The position numbers were made by a program, and so were the translations under genes. From Clostridia bacterium (lineage in GTDB: Bacteria > Bacillota > Clostridia > Christensenellales > Aristaeellaceae), in the NCBI GenBank assembly GCA_016295665.1, contig JAEDKS010000001.1, positions 1 through 41,162 of the forward strand: a DNA stretch of 41,162 nucleotides. Direction: 5' to 3'. The notes below the pieces were generated by a model. That model did not search any database and was not told the DNA's origin. It saw only the letters and a program-made list of their open reading frames with translations. Numbering within the stretch: the stretch's first letter is position 1; every line of letters begins with the position of its first letter. Below are positions 40,270-41,162 of this stretch, piece after piece.

Positions 40270-41047
40270 AGCAGCGATGCAGCTCAATCACATCACCAAG
40301 ATTTATAACCCCGGCACGGTGCATGAGACGCTGCTGTTCCGGGACTTCAGCCTTGAGGTGGAGAAGGGGAGCTTCGTCACCGTGGTGGGCAGCAACGGCT
40401 CCGGCAAGACGAGCATGCTGAACATTCTCTGCGGTACGATTCCCGTGGAGGACGGCACCGTTTGTCTGGGCGGCAGGGAAATCACCCGGATGAAGGAGTT
40501 CAGGCGCTATGCCCGCATGGGCCGCGTCTATCAGAACCCCGCCATGGGCACCTGTGCGAGCATGACCATTCTGGAGAATCTGGCGATGGCGGACAACAAG
40601 GGCCGCGCCTACGGTCTGCTGCCCGGCACCAACAAGCGCCGTATCGGCGCCTACCGGGACATGCTGGCGCCGCTGGGGCTGGGGCTGGAGGACAAGCTGG
40701 GGGTGCAGGTCGGCGCTCTCTCCGGCGGACAGAGACAGACGCTGGCGCTGCTGATGGCAACCATGACGCCCATCGACTTCCTGATTCTCGACGAGCATAC
40801 CGCCGCTCTGGATCCCAAAACCGCTGAAATCGTCATGGAGCTGACCGACAGGGTGGTGCACGAGAAGCACCTGACCACGCTGATGGTCACCCACAACCTG
40901 CGCCATGCCGTCACCTACGGTGATCGCCTGCTGATGATGCACCAGGGTCAGGTGGTGCTGGACAAATCCGGCGAGGAGAAGGAGAAGCTGCAGGTGGAGG
41001 ATCTGCTGGGGTTGTTCAACACCATCAGCATCGAATGCGGCAACTGA
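40262..41047 (+). CDS. ABC transporter ATP-binding protein (COG1101 type, TrpZ-like)
   Basis: Walker A GSNGSGKTS, signature LSGGQRQ, and Walker B FLILDEHT. The ATG at 40262 overlaps the permease stop. The alternative start is 40277. Confidence 0.9.
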   Translation: MPEAAMQLNHITKIYNPGTVHETLLFRDFSLEVEKGSFVTVVGSNGSGKTSMLNILCGTIPVEDGTVCLGGREITRMKEFRRYARMGRVYQNPAMGTCASMTILENLAMADNKGRAYGLLPGTNKRRIGAYRDMLAPLGLGLEDKLGVQVGALSGGQRQTLALLMATMTPIDFLILDEHTAALDPKTAEIVMELTDRVVHEKHLTTLMVTHNLRHAVTYGDRLLMMHQGQVVLDKSGEEKEKLQVEDLLGLFNTISIECGN

Positions 41048-41081
41048 GGCAAGGCACGGAACAAGATACAGACACCAAAAG

Positions 41082-41115
41082 ACCGGCACGGCTTCCACTC
41101 GGAAAGCGTGCCGGT
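41082..41115 (+). terminator. Hairpin after the ABC ATPase gene (no clear U-tract)
   Basis: ACCGGCACG pairs with CGTGCCGGT (9 bp, 16-nt loop) and is followed by TATGTG. Confidence 0.35.
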
Positions 41116-41162
41116 TATGTGACGGGGAATATCGTACAGAGAACGGGAGTCAGTCCCCGGCG

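Noticed and set aside
1-41162. Search for mobile elements, a genomic island, or defence, toxin-antitoxin or CRISPR systems, and for rRNA or tRNA genes
   Set aside because: I found no integrase, transposase or recombinase-like ORFs, no terminal inverted or direct repeats bounding a segment, and no tRNA-like cloverleaf regions. I found no repeat-spacer arrays and no marked compositional break. The gene content is core housekeeping and sporulation throughout.

Overview
This is a GC-rich chromosomal segment from an endospore-forming Firmicute, probably class Clostridia and possibly the Oscillospiraceae/Ruminococcaceae type. The taxon is inferred from gene content only. I can support about 42 CDSs, and nearly all belong to recognisable housekeeping or sporulation families. 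In order they are: spoIIIAB (5' partial) to spoIIIAH; an RseC-like protein plus thioredoxin; a T-box-controlled aspS-gatC(fused)-gatA-gatB operon; pnuC; a CNNM/CorC-type transporter; a CapA-family protein; adenine deaminase; an MreB/Mbl paralog on the minus strand; the B. subtilis-like block yqfC-yqfD-phoH-pgpH-ybeY(fused to cdd)-era; mrnC-thyX-rlmB-yacP-sigH; a minus-strand ugp-like glycerophosphodiester operon (binding protein, phosphodiesterase, two permeases); a HAD hydrolase; pepC; a CE4 deacetylase; a divergent DUF4867-like/DUF4317-like pair; an M24 Xaa-Pro aminopeptidase; and a second T-box in front of a trpXYZ-type ABC transporter. I see no rRNA, tRNA, CRISPR array, transposase, integrase, or recognisable defence or toxin-antitoxin module. 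The window looks like core genome rather than an island. The most unusual items are two in-frame gene fusions (AspRS-GatC and YbeY-cytidine deaminase), a T-box whose specifier reads best as Asn on the transamidation operon, two unassigned structured leaders (pnuC and the CNNM transporter, the latter with a Cys-rich uORF), a long Arg-rich N-terminal extension on RlmB, stripped-down SpoIIIAF/AG, and a phased triple repeat between two divergent DUF genes. The many long ORFs antisense to real genes are GC-driven shadow ORFs. All family assignments come from reading motifs by eye, and no searches were run.
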